Assembly (NCBI RefSeq): GCF_000010625.1
Contig: NC_010296.1
Span: 3,810,001 to 3,842,000, forward strand
Origin: Microcystis aeruginosa NIES-843
GTDB lineage: Bacteria; Cyanobacteriota; Cyanobacteriia; Cyanobacteriales; Microcystaceae
Direction: 5' to 3'
Length of the DNA stretch: 32,000 nt
Shown here one piece after another: positions 31,476-32,000 of the stretch (positions within the stretch are counted from its first letter, which is position 1; the number at the start of each line of letters is the position of its first letter). The position numbers and the translations under genes were made by a program. The notes beneath the pieces are model-generated. The model was not told where the DNA came from, searched no databases, and saw only the letters and a program-made list of their open reading frames with translations.

Positions 31476-31518
31476 CCCCTGTTGCCTGTTCCCCGTTCCC
31501 CGTTCCCCGTTGCCTGCT
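31476..31518. repeat. Degenerate heptamer array centred on (CCCCGTT)x3
   Basis: CCCCTGTT GCCTGTT CCCCGTT CCCCGTT CCCCGTT GCCTGCT read directly. Confidence 0.8.
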
Positions 31519-31598
31519 ATATCAACGGGACATCCGGGAATTTAAGTCTGTGGAGCGAGTGTAAGACCGAAAAACTTGACAAATGAGGAAGATTTATT

Positions 31599-32000
31599 AT
31601 GCCTAATAACTTCAACTGGATTGACGCAACCACCTTAAATGGTATGCTTTGGGATAATGGAATTCTATCATCAGTAGCTTCTATTAACCAAATTGGAAGC
31701 TTAAGTATTCTTGGAGCGTCGCACAAGTATTTATATACGTCACTAATTAATTCTGGTACAATATCTCAAAATATAAGTGGCTATACCTTATTTCTTAATC
31801 AAAGTGCTAATATAAATAATTCTGGCATCTACGAGTTTCAAGCAGGAGAGATTCGTAATGCTCCTAATAGTGTAGGAGTCTTTAACAATTCTGGAACTTT
31901 CCGTAAAACCAGTTCAGGTTTGTCCATAGTTTCTGTTCCTTTTTACAATACGGGAACGGTTAATGTTGAGTTAGGAACGTTACTCCTCTTGGGTGGAGGC
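31599..32000 (+). CDS. N-terminus of a probable large beta-helical secreted/surface protein; 3' end outside the window (not in the ORF track because it has no stop)
   Basis: ATG at 31599 preceded by GAGGAA, then 134 codons with no stop up to the window edge. It shows periodic NSG(T/I) motifs, ...FNNSGTFRKTSSG...FYNTGTVNVELGTLLLLGGG, typical of parallel beta-helix/adhesin passenger repeats. Confidence 0.6.
   Translation, partial: MPNNFNWIDATTLNGMLWDNGILSSVASINQIGSLSILGASHKYLYTSLINSGTISQNISGYTLFLNQSANINNSGIYEFQAGEIRNAPNSVGVFNNSGTFRKTSSGLSIVSVPFYNTGTVNVELGTLLLLGGG

Noticed and set aside
31517-31726. 69-aa minus-strand ORF
   Set aside because: It is antisense to the open + strand ORF starting at 31599, which has a better start context and repeat periodicity.
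1-32000. tRNA, rRNA or tmRNA genes
   Set aside because: Scanning by eye for T-loop (GGTTCGAATCC-like) and rRNA-like conserved blocks found nothing. A tRNAscan/Infernal run would be needed to exclude small RNAs formally.

Overview
Cyanobacterial chromosomal window, probably Microcystis-like. This is an inference from roughly 40% GC in hand-counted samples, HIP1 GCGATCGC octamers (8476, 15420, 18041, 18401, 18782), heptamer STRR-like repeats and a heavy MITE/IS load. Layout: (1) A 5'-truncated wza-like exporter, a small membrane ORF, an aldo/keto reductase, a MITE-filled spacer and a 191-aa hypothetical gene. (2) A ~12.2-kb Wzx/Wzy-type exopolysaccharide island with a split Alg14/Alg13-like glycosyltransferase, 2 GT4, 2 GT2, a Wzc-like BY-kinase, Wzx, a Wzy/O-antigen-ligase-like protein and an acetyltransferase. 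The island is bracketed by a 257-bp direct duplication of the tail-to-tail junction between the 191-aa gene and a CocE/NonD hydrolase gene. (3) A housekeeping block of CocE/NonD hydrolase, ABC-F ATPase and Bcp peroxiredoxin. (4) A strikingly GC-rich ClC channel gene lying between a TnpB remnant and a frameshifted IS605-family tnpB element that abuts hisZ. (5) The best candidate for something undescribed: a tandem array of four Rpn/PD-(D/E)XK (DUF4351-type) paralogues. They have near-identical N-domains, an in-frame (GKEI)n 12-nt microsatellite hinge of 9/5/1/4 units and divergent C-terminal modules. One copy is broken by an IS630 element, and that element's transposase carries a 45-nt in-frame palindromic insert. 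(6) Fragments of giant-exoprotein genes (two ELWxxDGT-type N-termini and one DUF4347 fragment) and the start of a beta-helix-like exoprotein that runs off the window. No rRNA, tRNA or CRISPR array was seen by eye.
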